Shown: positions 48,878-61,841 of the stretch, in pieces
How the letters are laid out: each line of letters starts with the position of its first letter
Position numbering within the stretch: position 1 is the stretch's first letter
DNA from: Rhizodiscina lignyota
Taxonomy: Eukaryota
Direction: 5' to 3'
DNA length: 64,000 bases
Assembly: GCA_010015805.1 (NCBI GenBank)
Contig: ML978137.1
Coordinates: forward strand, 496,001-560,000
The notes under the pieces: model-generated
Database searches by the model: none
Seen by the model: the letters and a program-made list of their open reading frames with translations, nothing else
What the model was told of the DNA's origin: nothing
Translations under genes and position numbers: made by a program

Positions 48878-51149
48878 TCACAATATATCGTCCTCCAAGA
48901 ACTTGTAGTGGAACTTGAAGTCCGCCTTTCGTCGGTTCATCCTAGATGAAAGTTAGCAATGAAGTGTAAAGAAGGGCGGGAGACACGGCAGGGCAAAGGT
49001 TAAAAGGGCACAAGCCTAGGCGGGGCGGGACGGGACGGCATCCGGGTGGCTGAGGGCATGAACATGCAGAACAATGCCTCATTCTCACCCGCTTGGCCCT
49101 GGAACGATTGCCTCGCTCAAGTCTCCGTCCTCGCTGCTCTAGACTCTGCTCCCGTGCCTTTGACTCCAGGGGTTCCACTGACCATGTGCTCTCGTAGTCA
49201 AAGAACCGATAAGTTCCCTGCTCATAGTCGTCCGTGATTTGTTTTGGCTCTTCATGTCGCTGGAACCACGTCTGGTACTGTTTGTGGAATCTCCAACTCT
49301 GGCTCTTCAGTGCCTTAGCAGCGAGATATTGCTGGTAGGTGCCTTGACGATAGTAAAAGGCATAGAAGAGTGTGTCAGGATCCACTTGAGAGTAAAGCCT
49401 TGGATCGTCGAAAATCGGTAGCGGTTCCTGCGGGTAGTGTGCCGGTGTGTAGGGGTTCGGGTGTTCAGGGCGATAGTGCCGCGGCCTCTCCGCATCGATA
49501 GATTCCGGTGCCGTCTGATACGAGGCGGCTAATAAGCGTTGATCAATTTCCTTCATCGCGCTAGACTTCGTTGCTTCCAGAGAGTCAACCAGATCTTGCA
49601 GGCTTGCGGGAAGATGATAGATAGATTCCTCTTCCGCCTCAGATTGCGCATCACCAGTCTCCCCATTCGTTAGTGAAGGTGTTGGAGGTTGCGCATCTGC
49701 CTCTGGAGACCGTTCGGGCTCTGTCTTCTTCGTCTCTCCTTCCGTTTCATCCTCTGACACCAAGGCATTCTTCTGAAGCGATTGTGCACTCTCAACCTTA
49801 TCCATCGCCGGGGTGGGAGGCATGGATCCACCAGCACTCGGAACCGTGGCACTCGCGTGGCTTGGAGCGGGTGACTTGGATGGTAATGATGGTGCGTTCT
49901 CTGTTGGTCTCGCGGCTGCATGTTTTGTCGCTTGTGCCGCAACAATTGGCTGTGAAGGAGCTGTGGATGGAGACTGCTTAGCAGGAGCTGCCGCAGGTAA
50001 TGGAGCCAGTCCAGGAGTTGCCACTGCCGGTGTCGCTCCTGGTGGTGGCGGTAATGGTGCAATGCCAACGCCGTTCTTGTCACTTGCTGCTGCTGCTGCA
50101 GCTGCAGAAGCATACTTGAGCGTCGCCCCCGTAGGCAATGGGGCAGGCTTCATATTGTTTGCTATGGCACCGTTTGTGGCGTTTGGCAAAGGCTGGTGTA
50201 ATTGAGCAAGCGATGGCAAAGGTGATTTGAGTTGCGTTGAGGGTCTTCGTGTTGTCGCTGCTGGTTCCACTGCTGCTGCTTTACCTTTCCCAGATGTCGT
50301 CTTATCCAGCTCCGGCGCCTCATCTTGTATTGATTGCGTATCTTGCGACGATACCCGGTCCATGTCATTGGCCATGCCATACAGCTCTTCGTCATTCTGG
50401 AGGTTCAGGTCTTCGTAGAGTTCCTCATCCTCCGCGAAGTCGACATCTGAATTGCTCTCCACATAGTATTTGATGCCTTCCTCTAGGTCCTTGACCTGCT
50501 CAGCCTCAAGACTGCCATTCTCCAAGGCTCGCATAAGCAGTTCCAGTTTGCCCACATGCCATTTGTGTCTCTCTACCCGGTGTTCGAGGTCTGCGACGCG
50601 TTCCGCATTTGTCTTGTCCTTCTTGCCCTTCTTCACGGTGGCCGCTAGGTTTTCCACCTCAGCCTCGATGGATTCTATCTGTCGTTCGAGCTCATCGACC
50701 ATAGTCGAGAGGAAGTCGCTCATTTCGAGCTTCTCCTTCTCTTTGGGGTCGAGTTTCGATGAAGCCATCAAGCCCTCTTTCGAGTAAGCCTTGGTCTTCA
50801 TTTCTTTTTCCACGGCCTTGAACTTCTCCATTTGCTGTAAACCACGTCAGAATCCAGCTCAATTAAGGAACACGTGTACGAGTATGATGCATACCGTTTC
50901 AATCAGCTTTCTTTGTTCCAGCAGCGGCTTCTTGTCCTTGATATCGTTCATGGCAGCCCATGCTTTAATCTGATCGCGATTCCGCTGCAACTTCTTGATC
51001 TCCTTCTTGAGAGCCTCCTCCAACTTCTCCTTTTGCGATGCATTCGTGCATTGTTGTAGCTTATCGTATATGCCCTCGAAGGCTTGCACGCCTTCTGCCA
51101 CCTTCTTGAAGCATTTATCGATCTCCTGCTGGAGCTTTCGCGCCGCCAT
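48878..51149 (-). CDS. NOT3: CCR4-NOT complex subunit Not3/Not5
   Basis: N-terminus [12 protein letters not shown]...[22 protein letters not shown] and NOT-box DTLFYAFYY...[20 protein letters not shown]. Introns are 50835-50894 and 48942-49182. Confidence 0.95.
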
Positions 51150-51635
51150 GGCGAGGCTGAGTGTCGCGCAGTGCGACGTGTAGAGACGGTCGAGATGGGT
51201 GAAGAGCACCGCAGATGCGGTGAGTTTGCGTATTTATGCGGTCGGGCGAGTTGTTGTGAAGGTGTTTGCAGGGAAAAGTGTTGTTGCTACAGCGCGCGTT
51301 CGCGATTGACAGCTTGTGGCATATGAGGACGAATGTCGCCAGGATGACTAGCGTCATTGAACGAGGCTTAGCGTTGTGCAAATGAAGTTTAGCGCCGCCA
51401 AGCACAGCCCGTTCCCTCTGCCGCATGCAAGCGCCAGACATTGATAGCATCGGCGAGTTCACGACGCATGGAATGCAGCGCTTCGTTTCGGCTTGTGTTC
51501 GATTGATATCTCATTCGCTGTCTTATTTCACAAACCATGTGTTGGCCAACTGGTAGCTTTTCGGGGAGACACTTACGCCTGGTCACGAGAGCATTGCTCT
51601 CATAACCATTTTTCACATTTGTCTCTACCTACAAG

Positions 51636-52456
51636 ATGAAAGGCATGCTTTCGATTCGTTTTAGTAATCTGAGCTGTCTCTGACACGTCTTAGCTGTACT
51701 TCAACGCGTCAAATCGGCATCAGTGACGGTGGATGGCAAGCTGATATCTTCAATCGGCAAAGGCGTCCTCGTCTTTGCGGGACTCGGAAAGGATGATACG
51801 GATAAGGATGTCGAAAGTATGGCTGGTAAAGTGCTTAAGATGAAACTGTGGGATGATGAAAAAGGAGGCAAGGTATGGATGACACTGGAATCGCCGCATA
51901 CTCCGCTTACGCTTGCTCAGTGGAAACATAGTGTACAGGACATCCAAGGGGAAATCCTTTGTGGTAAATGTGATCCAAGGCTGTCTATCAGGCTATTCTG
52001 ACACACGCAGTATCTCAGTTCACACTTCTGGCGACGACGAAGAAGGGAAATAAGCCAGACTTTCACAAGTCAGCAGGAGCCGAAAAAGCCCGGGAACTCT
52101 ACACGAAATTCTTCAGCCGCGTCCAGGAGTTGTATGACGGTGAGAAGGTCAAAGATGGCATCTTCCAGGCTATGATGGATGTGGCGCTGGTCAACGATGG
52201 TCCTGTAGGTGTTGACTACCGCTGCGAAGACGGCGCGGTAAACAATCTTACTTCTACTCGCGATCGAGTGGGGATCCGATACTGACGTGATGTTTCTTAG
52301 GTTACGTTGGAGATTGATACAGATCCACCGAAAATGGACTTGCCTGGAGGATCTGTATCAACTTCCATTAATGAGACCATGGACATGAGCGAACTGTTGG
52401 GTAAAATGGCGAAACTGAATACGGAGTTCAAGATTCCGGCTGAATTGCTTGAATGA
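51636..52456 (+). CDS. DTD1: D-aminoacyl-tRNA deacylase
   Basis: Motifs MKAVLQRV, VSQFTL, KGNKPDFH and NDGPVT. Introns are 51643-51693 (GC-AG), 51873-51920, 51964-52010 and 52205(or 52238)-52300. Confidence 0.93.
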
Positions 52457-53423
52457 AGTTTGTCACTGGACAAAAGACTTGCATTTCACGGCGTCAATTG
52501 ATAGAGTCCGGTGATACCACTTCAAGGTGATTCAGGACCGGCTTCGCGTATGGAATGAGGGAAACACGGTATTGACTTGTCCAAATAGCATTAAACTACC
52601 TGCTCATCGTAGGCAGCACAGTACATGTTGCAATCAATTAAGCTTTGCATCCTCAAGAGCTGCCTGGCCTTCTCGTGGCACTGCCGTAGACAGAAGGCGC
52701 GACTTCCCTCTGTCGCGAAAGAGCACGGCGATCGCCGGACTATAAACCCCCCTCTCTCGCCTCGTTCTTTTGAGAGGAAAATTTACATTAGTCTTGCAGA
52801 TTTCGGAGTTGGTATTATCTCTCGCCCACTCTAATGACTGACGGCTGTCACGTTGCCTATCAACGCTGGTTGAAGTCATTCACGTATGATAGGGTGGATC
52901 CAAACCAAGTCTCATGTTATGTAATCTTGTTTTAAACGAACCTTGAAGAGACTTACTCACTAGAAGCAATCGGAAAATAGAAGAATACTCTGGATGAGAC
53001 GTTCAAGATCCGCATCTTGCATATTGTTGCATCGTAGGGCTGATCATTTGCTCAATGTATCTCCTCCTTATCTCCGCTCGGGGCCCCGGGTTTTCGCGCG
53101 GTTTCACCCACAATAGCCAGGGTCTTAGCGAGGGGGCTGGGCTGGCCATTGAACGACTTCCCACAATAATAATTCAGCTTCTTACCTTCCACTCTCTCGC
53201 ACTTCCTTCAGACTATATCTCTAGTTCTTTGCACGTCCTCTGAAACCATGCAAGTTTGGTTCTCTGCACAGCTCAACTCATACTACTCATTTTCACCACA
53301 TATACGTTAGCACCGGCAGCCCCAGAAAACAGGCTTCCAGCCACACGTACTGCCGAAACCAGGCAGATCGAGACTCGCCACTTGCGTAAAGCAATCACAG
53401 CCCAAGGGCTTCACATTACCACG

Positions 53424-54794
53424 ATGCACGATCTCCGTCGTCAAGCGTTGGAGAGCGGCAAAACCCTCTCGCGAAAAGCTCGATCGCGACAGTCGTCGGC
53501 TCCCAGCTCGAGAGGTGCGTCAGCTGCCAACTCCCGCGCACACTCTCGGGTAGCGAGCAGGCAAGCATCGGACAACGAAGACGACAATCTCAGTGACGAG
53601 ACGTCCTGGAGGTATGGTCACAACCAGAGTGGATCGGATGATCGAGAACTGAGACTGACATTAAACAGCGTCAATTCTATTGATGACCTCCTGGCCTCCG
53701 AAGACCTTGCAGCGCCCACAGACGCATGGATACAGGACCTCGGCGATCGCATCCAGCTGATTATCGACCGGAAGCGGAGCAGTGGACAAGGACGGGAAGA
53801 GACACTTGCGGCATACAACTACATCCTCATGGCGCATTACACCCGCGATGAAATAGCCGGCCAGGTCAGCCAGTTATATCCGGCGATAGCTCGAAGCCTC
53901 AAAGGCGGAAGCGAGAAAGAGACGCTGTTGGCACTCAAAGCCATTTCGCTTACCGTCATCACTGTGCCCTCCGATACCATCTATGACGATATGGAGAGGC
54001 CACTGAAGAATATCATCTCCGATTCGGAGTCTCCAGCTGTTAAGGCTGCTGCTGTCCACACCCTTGGCACCTTGGTCTCTTTTGGCGGAGCCGCTGAAGG
54101 AGAAATCGAGGAAGTTATGGAATTTCTCCTGGAGATTGTGGAGTCGGACGGTGAGAACGTGGATGCGTATGACGCTGCGGATGTTGTCATGGCTGCGGAG
54201 GAAGAGTGGGGATTTCTTGCGACTCAGCTTGATGATCTGGAACCGCAAACACACGATGCGATGGAGGCCTTCGTGGAGCAGCTTTCCAGCTCAGACACGA
54301 ATGTCGCAGTAGCAGCGGGCGAGAACATCGCTCTGCTCTACGAAAAGGCTGCAGCGCCAGCTGACGACGAGTCAGATTCTGAAGAGGAAGATGTCGACGA
54401 TGCGGGTGATCCAAAAGCCGGCAAACGATACGACGTATACTGGAAGGAGAAGGAATTGGTCGAGCAGCTAGAACATCTCGCGAAGATCTCAGGTCGCAGC
54501 ATCAGCAAGAAGGAGAGGAAGACACTACACACGAACTTCTCGGACATCCTGCACAGCGTTGAGAATCCATCCCATGGACCGCGATACAACTCAGCCATCG
54601 ACCAGGAGAGCGGCAAACGGTACGGCAGCAGACTTGCCGTGCGACTTCATAGGACGGGTGAGATGCGGATCGACAAATGGTGGAAGATGCATAGACTGCA
54701 TGCGTTGAGAAGAATTCTGCAAGGAGGATTCATTGTGCACTACGAGAAGAACGAGGTCGTTTTCGAGAGCCTGCCAATAATGATGTCAAGATGA
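53424..54794 (+). CDS. IFRD-domain (interferon-related developmental regulator-like) protein
   Basis: MHDLRRQALESGKT start, HEAT/ARM-like helices, AAGENIALLYE and IDKWWK...LRRILQGGF..HY..N. Stop-free intron at 53612-53668. Confidence 0.88.
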   Translation: MHDLRRQALESGKTLSRKARSRQSSAPSSRGASAANSRAHSRVASRQASDNEDDNLSDETSWRYGHNQSGSDDRELRLTLNSVNSIDDLLASEDLAAPTDAWIQDLGDRIQLIIDRKRSSGQGREETLAAYNYILMAHYTRDEIAGQVSQLYPAIARSLKGGSEKETLLALKAISLTVITVPSDTIYDDMERPLKNIISDSESPAVKAAAVHTLGTLVSFGGAAEGEIEEVMEFLLEIVESDGENVDAYDAADVVMAAEEEWGFLATQLDDLEPQTHDAMEAFVEQLSSSDTNVAVAAGENIALLYEKAAAPADDESDSEEEDVDDAGDPKAGKRYDVYWKEKELVEQLEHLAKISGRSISKKERKTLHTNFSDILHSVENPSHGPRYNSAIDQESGKRYGSRLAVRLHRTGEMRIDKWWKMHRLHALRRILQGGFIVHYEKNEVVFESLPIMMSR

Positions 54795-55039
54795 CATACC
54801 GGGAGAAACAGCAGCACCGCATCCTCACTAGAGACTGGAGGCAAATTATGGTCAATGGGCGTTTAGCATTGTTAGTCATTTGATACCAAGGAAGTGCATG
54901 GAGTCGGTTCCGGCAGTCATTGAAATTCGCATTGCATAATGCATTCACTCTTCCATTTTGGACTTTCTCCTATACAGCACACATAGCTACAGACAGGGTA
55001 TCAATTCTTCCGCTTCTCATCCAAAGCGCAGTCAATATA

Positions 55040-58000
55040 TCATATGGAAATGGTATCTAAACTCACAGATGAACTCTGTGAATCTGCTCGTCTTTTGGTG
55101 GACAGCAGTGTGGTCGCAGCTTTCAGTTTCCCACTCACAAAGGTCGTGGCTTCCGATAAATGCGACTTCATTCGAGCTATCAATGGCTCTCGTCTGAACT
55201 CCGAGTTAGTATCTCCGCTGCCTAGTTGGCTGGATTGCTCGCTGGAACTGTGGGGATTCAGCGAGGGCGGATCCTTGACCCAAAAGGTTCTCGATCTCGT
55301 CCTACTTCTCCTCGATGCTCGAAAAGGGACTCTCGAGCCGCGTCGCGTCGACTGCCCAGCGAGGAAGCGCATCCAGCTGACCTTGATACGCAGACTGAGC
55401 CAGAATCGTCCTTGCAAGAACCACACAACCGTGGCGACGCACACGAATACCACCACAGTGACGGTGGCCTTATAGCCCACATCCAGTCTGTGGTGCGCCC
55501 ATACCACCGCGATAGGCGTCATAAGAGCTGCCAGAAGGAGTATGAGGATGAATAGCTTTAGCAGGCGCGATGCAAAGAGCAAGTGTCCCAAGGGTGAGAC
55601 GATTTTGACCAAAGATGCAAATGCATACGTCGCAAATGCTCGGGCAGGAACCTGGCTTCCGGGCGGAAGGTTCGAATGCTTCCTGACTCTATCCCAATGC
55701 GCTCTCTTCCACTGCAGCACGCTTGTGCTGCGTACAACAAGTCTCAACGTGTAGCTCAACCCCACCGCAAGGATAGATGCAATCACGAACGCGTACACAG
55801 GTGCCGGGGTCTGAAGCTCGTCGATTTGCATGCTAAATGCGCCGGTGATGAATGTCAGCGGGATGAAGACAAACGCTAGCTCGGTGATTTTGCTAACGCT
55901 CTCCGCCTCTGCGATGGCGCGCTTGCTCTCAAGTACCGCCATGTCGGCGCGCACGGCAGCGTACGACTTTTCGTTCTGTTCGATCAGGATGTCGATCTGC
56001 ATGAGTGTGTCTGGAATGAATTCAGATATAATGCCCTGCTGTTGGCCAGAGTCTTGCACAAGGCGCACGAATGCCTCGAGGCTAGTTCGCAGCTCTGGCA
56101 GCGCAACCTGGAAACGGCTGATGAGGCTGCGCCAGTGTGCAAGTCGAGTCTGCATGAGGTGGTCATCTGTACTACCAAGGCCGATTTCCTCAAGTGCATT
56201 TGAGACGAAATGCAGGAAGCCAGTGGTATCGCGATGTATAACCCAGAGCAACGCTGTTACGATGGTCAAATCTAGACTGTCCGGAGTGAGCACCGCAGCT
56301 TCGGACAGCCAATGGACAAGGTCGTCGCGAGTACTATTTGTGACGCTGAGGGAGGCGCCGAGGGAGAGGATCTTTTCGCGTGTGGTGCTCCCTTTTGAAA
56401 AGACGCCGGTATTGGCGGAGACAGGTCCAACAGAGTTCCTGTTGACAGCTTGGGTATAGGGAAGGACGGTGGTGATGCGTGGCTCTAACGCTGAGGACTC
56501 TTCTTCTAGATGGCGAAGCTTCGGTAGAGGATCCAATAGAATGATAACAACTGGGCATTTTCCGATCGAAGTCCGATACATCGTTGCGCGTTCTTCCCAC
56601 ACCGACGGGACGTGATACCTGTTGCTCGGTATGACGATATCAGGATTTGTGACAAGCGGCCAGTCTGCGCGGAAGATGTTCTGCTCAATAGAAACCATGT
56701 GCTCGACAGATTCGCTGATTTCGGTCACTCCATCTTCATCCACCAATGTAGCTGTAGAAGATGTCCATTCTACTGCTCCAATTTCTGGATCAAGGAGGGA
56801 CTTCCGCTCGGGCATTATGTGGGGTTTCAATTCGTTCCGATAAACAGGCCTATACCACTTGACTGAAATATAGTCTTTTGGAGTTGCATTGGTATTCCAA
56901 CTTCTTGGCGGTATTCCAACACAATGGTGACCTTGGTAACCGGAATGTGAGAGGTGTTCTTCGAAAAATTCTGGGTTGACCCAGAATGCCGCGCCAATGG
57001 TCTCAATGAGCCATGGCGTAAGATCTTCAACAATGATTGTGCGAAGCTTCACATTTGGTGGTGGTTGACTTGCGATATCAGCTAGCGCCGTTGAGCCAGG
57101 CTGTAAATCTTGAGGACCGTGATCCTTTATTCGCACTGGAGGACCGCCGCTGCTGTCCGTGTCCCAGCAGGAGAGCTTTCCGCTGGTCGGATTTCGAACC
57201 TCTGTGGCACGCATGTTTAGCAGGTGCGGAAGGTGGCGCACACAGCTCTTCACCATGTCCACATAAGATGTGAACTCTGGAGAGTCGGTCGCTTGGGAAA
57301 GCACGTACTGTCTTAGACCATTTGTTGCAGCCCCAAACCCAGGCATCGGCGGTGGCGGCATCGACATGGGGATGGCATTAAGAGGTGGAGGTGGTGGTAC
57401 TGGTGCAAGATGGCCTCCTGTCTGCTGCCTTGTAACATCTGGAAAGTCTCTCTCAATAATACCACCAGGCGGGCCGGTGTAAGGGACCATATCCCGCGAA
57501 ACGATTGGAGGTGGGGGTGGCAACAAAATTGCTGATTTCTTTCCCTTTGGCTTCCTTTTCGAGCTCGATCCACCAAGGCGAGAGAGCATTTCATCTAGGT
57601 CTGGAGCAGGCACTCCCGGTGGAGGCGGTGGAGCAGCAGGTGGTGGCTTTTTGCCGCGCTGATCCATATCCGGCACCGGCCACATCTGCATCGTGATGGA
57701 CGCGCCAGGCTCGATCGAAGTTTCCCATACGGCCGGCAATATTATCTGGCCCTCCGAGTCGACTAGATCGAAGCGTCCTTGATGCACGTGCGGTCCCAGC
57801 ACGTCAACATGTAGAAAAGCCTGGTCGATGAGGCTCTTCATGCCTTCCCAGGTTCGGACGATCTCCCAAGGGAAGTTAAACTTCCTGCAGTTTCTCAATT
57901 CTCGTGTCTAACTTCAATGGCAGTGGGGCTTACCGGCCAACGCAATCTTTGAATTTAATATCCCTTTCTTTTCCCCTTTTCGATGGATCAGCCGCAGCGC

Positions 58001-60227
58001 GATATTGATCCAGCTTCGCATTGCGATCTGCTGCTGCTAGCTCTGTGGCCTTCTTTGCAAGTGCATCTTGGCCAGCCCTCGCCTTGTACGCTACTTCTCT
58101 CAGTTCCGTAGCAAGCTTATCAGCTTCCTTCTTTGCATCGTCGGCGTCCATCGGAGCCCTGTTAATTGGCGGAGGCCCAACGTAGTGAACAGACGGCCTG
58201 GAAGATTGAGTCGTCGTAGGAGGATGCGAATTCCGAACTACACCACCATAAGAAGAGGAGTCTTGTTGTCGTGAAGAAACAGGATATCTGTGGGAAATCA
58301 TTGATTTTGGCTTGTATGCTGAAGATGAGGGCGCCTGGGCTTCTCGACGAGGTGGGTAGCCACTGTCACCCGATGAGTACCCGTATATCTCTGGGTCAGG
58401 CGGCCGACCATGTGATGCAGGCGCTGGTGGAGGAGAAGGAGCGACGTCATCATACCAGGCGTCAGAACTCGGGGCCTGAGGTGCAGGTGCAGGCCCATGC
58501 GCATGCGCATGCCCAGGCGGAGGTGATGGGTAGTAAGGATACGATGGATGGTAATAGGGGTAGCCGTAGTTGTAATTAAACGGTATCGATGGCGTGTCTC
58601 TACTCCCGCTTAGGAACAGTAACAGCCGATTATCCTCGATGCAGACACAAAGTAAGGCCCATTCGAGCTCCAGAGAATACGCTGACGCCGGTGTGGACTG
58701 AGAATCTTTGTTTAAGGCGCTTATCTCGCGGTCAACTTGCTCACGCAGAAAATCACTGGGTAAGTAGAGGTACTGATCGAGTGGCGATGCTCCAGGAGCT
58801 GTTCGTTTTCTCGCTTCCCCCCGGATTTCTTTGCTAGTGAGCGGCATCTTAAGGCGTCGTACACGTCTCCACGAAATATCGTCCATGGTAGCGATGCCGT
58901 GGCCAGTTTCAGGACAAAATAAAAATCCTTTATACCGCTTCTCATCTCGGTAAGGGGTAAATGGATTCGCACTGCCTCTTCGATGTGCTCTTGGAGCGTA
59001 GCCGCGCCCAGTAGATGCGTGTGCCTTAGGCGGCCGACTGCTCGAATCCTCGGGAAATACTGTGTCATCTGCGACACTCGTGTCATCTTCAGAAAAGTCA
59101 CTCGAGTCTGGGGGGCTTCTTCTTGACCTCCGACCTCGGAATGACGATCTCGTTCCATAAGACTGCGCTCCATAATTATGGGAACTGAATGTTTTTGGAG
59201 TCGGCTGGGATGCGCTTGATATTGAATCATGAATGACAATACTCCTTCCAATTTCGTCATCTGGTCCTTTTCGGAGGCGAACCATACGACGTGGTCGGGA
59301 TACGGAGCGACTGCGTGATCTGCCAGAGACTGAGACATTTAAAGACGCTGCCGATGATGGCTCGGGCAATTCTAACTGTTCTGTTGCTGCCGGTGCCTCT
59401 CCTGATGCCTCTGCCGTTGCCTCTGGAGTTGGTTCAACCGTGGGCTCTGCCTGTACCTGCTGTTCCTCTTGTACTGCTGGCGGTGCTTCCGCCACCGCTG
59501 GCTCAAGCAATGGAGACGACATAGCAATTACATCAGGAGATTCTATGACGTCCGATACAGGTTGTAGCAGGGGCGATATGGCTCTCGCCTTGGCCTTTTT
59601 GCCTTTCTTGCTTTTTTTACTCGGGAACGCCCACTCCTCAGGTTCTGGTTCCGGCACTGCTGGTTCTACGACTGCTTCTTCCAGGACTGGCTCGGGGACT
59701 GGTTCCTCTTCTTTGTGCTCAGCTAATCCCCACTGATCCCAATCACCACTGGTATCCAACAGACTTCCCCTTTTCTTTTTCTTGTCTTTCTTGGATTTCT
59801 TCGAAGTGAATGCCCACGCCCATTCATCTTCGACATCCGGAGCATCCTGAACGGTAGGTGGTGGCGGCGGTGAAGCAGCCTTCTTCTTCTTCTTTTTACC
59901 ACTACTGAAGCTAGCCCAAACGTCCAAGTCATCATCGCGAACATCTTCAATTGTTGGCGGCGGCGGAGGCGACGCGGGCCTTTCGTCTTTGCCTTTGCCG
60001 TTTCCAACTCCATCCGAGAGATCGTAGAGGTCGTTCCTCACTGACTGCTTCGACGCCTGGCTTGGAGATCGACCAGCAGGAAGTAGAATTGCTGCTGCGT
60101 CGGAGGCATCTTGATGAGCGGTTACTGCATCTTTCGCTTGTCCGACTGCATCGGCCAACTCAAACAGCGAACCATCGGGCCTCTCCGTACTTCGCGCATC
60201 CTGTTCTAGGTGCTGTTGATCTTGCAT
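55040..60227 (-). CDS. Large (~1700 aa) Pro/Ser-rich protein with a fungal ubiquitin-like domain and a C-terminal CorA-like membrane domain
   Basis: Intron 57885-57933 joins IKFKDCVG|RKFNFPW...IILPAVWETSIEPG.ITMQMWP. The C-terminal part has AESVSKITELAFVFIPLTFITGAFSMQI and further TM helices. Confidence 0.8.
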
Positions 60228-60806
60228 TGTGCAAGTCACGAAGCGAAGTCTCTGGCTCCGCGATTCACGTGGACGTCTTCCGCATTGTTACCTTGGATGC
60301 TTGCAGGTCGCGGAGATTCATCGCGTTCGAGAACTCTCTACATTGCGATTGAACAAGAGAAGGACGCGACGCGCGACAGAAAACATATGAAAGAGCTTGA
60401 GTCTGTTGCCATAGGCAGAATTGACAAAGCTGAAAAATCCATGAATGGCGCGATTCTCTTTTCGGAACGCGTTCATGGGGCTGTGAAGGGTTGGCGCATG
60501 CAGCAGCGGAGAGCGTCCGCTCTCCACGAATGGCTTCTTCTTCACCGGAAGCCACAATTTCCTTTTTGGCCAGGCACCGGACGTACCACTCGGAACCGGC
60601 TAAAAGCCGATGGAGCGCCTCTTCTTGACTCGATTGCCTCGGGTCTGGATGTCGAACCGTTTGTGAGTCGTTATCAGAGGTTCAGAAGGGTGTGAGAGCC
60701 CATTTCGCGATAGCCTGCAGGAAGATCTGCTAGCGGCCAGATTCGAATTTCAACCATAATAATTGCTAGCAACTTTACGCTTTCCAACTGCCATCAGGCT
60801 GGCAAG

Positions 60807-61841
60807 ATGGGCTCGTCGATAGTCACTAGCTCGAGTGTTTCGCGGAAATTCAATCGCATGTTAAGAAGGCGATTCTGTAAGTTGCAAGGCACAGCTGCTC
60901 ATGGAAATCAATGCACTGAACTTTTTCAGCTTTCTTTATTCCGAGATTCCTGGGATTTCATCACTTGTTACAGCTCCTCTTGGTCGCATCGATCGTATCT
61001 GAAGGTTTGCGTTCATTACGCCGGCATTCACATTCAGATGGTGTCGTGCTTACAATAACGCAGCACTCTTACTCTCCGGATGTTCATCTTCGTCGGCATT
61101 TGGACGGAATGTCTATGTCTCATCATTCAAATACGCGCGAGGTTCGAATGATGGATCTCCATTCGGTGTCTGGGAGAATATCACTTCGCTCGTATCGTCT
61201 GCGGCTGCCACGGCACACTTTGAAGTCCGAGCGAACTATTTCAGCATCTGCGCTTCGAGTGGTGCAGAATGGACATGCGCATCCACCTTCAAGCGGCTGA
61301 GCAGGAACGTCCTCGATCCTGACGCTGATCCATTGGGTCTGGCACAAATTGCGTCTCGTTACAGAGAAGACGTACTTTTTCCTGGACTTGCGTAAGCCCC
61401 TGTGCTCTCCCAAGTCTGATTACAATCTCATCTTCAAGCAGTATTGGAAGCATCGCACTATCATTCCTTGTCATCCTTGGATTCTGCTTATTCCCCAGTT
61501 GGCATGATGAATACGACGAGTGGACCGGCTCGGAGATTGAAGTTAAACCCTTCCCGTCTCGGAGGTTGGTTGCTGCTTGTTTCATTATTACCAGTCTGAG
61601 CTGCGTCTTTGCGCTTTTATCCGCAATGTGGCAACATACCTCCGCCGCTACAGTAACCACGTTAGCTGAAGTCTCGGCTTACGGCAATGCGAAAGCTTCT
61701 GTTGGAGCAGCTGCGGCGGCGTTTGCATGGATGAGCTTCGGTTTTCTTGGAGTCGCAGCGATGGGAATCCTATTGATGATTGCGTCTATCCAAACATTGG
61801 ATAAGCTCACGGATGACGATGATTATGATGATCCCTTTTAA
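60807..61841 (+). CDS. FIG1: Fig1 family Ca2+-influx / cell-fusion membrane protein
   Basis: Spliced product (introns 60877-60929, 61005-61063, 61392-61441) reads GFHHLL...LLLSGCSS...EVRANYFSIC...FPSWHDE...EVKPFPSR...MWQHTSA. Confidence 0.85.
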
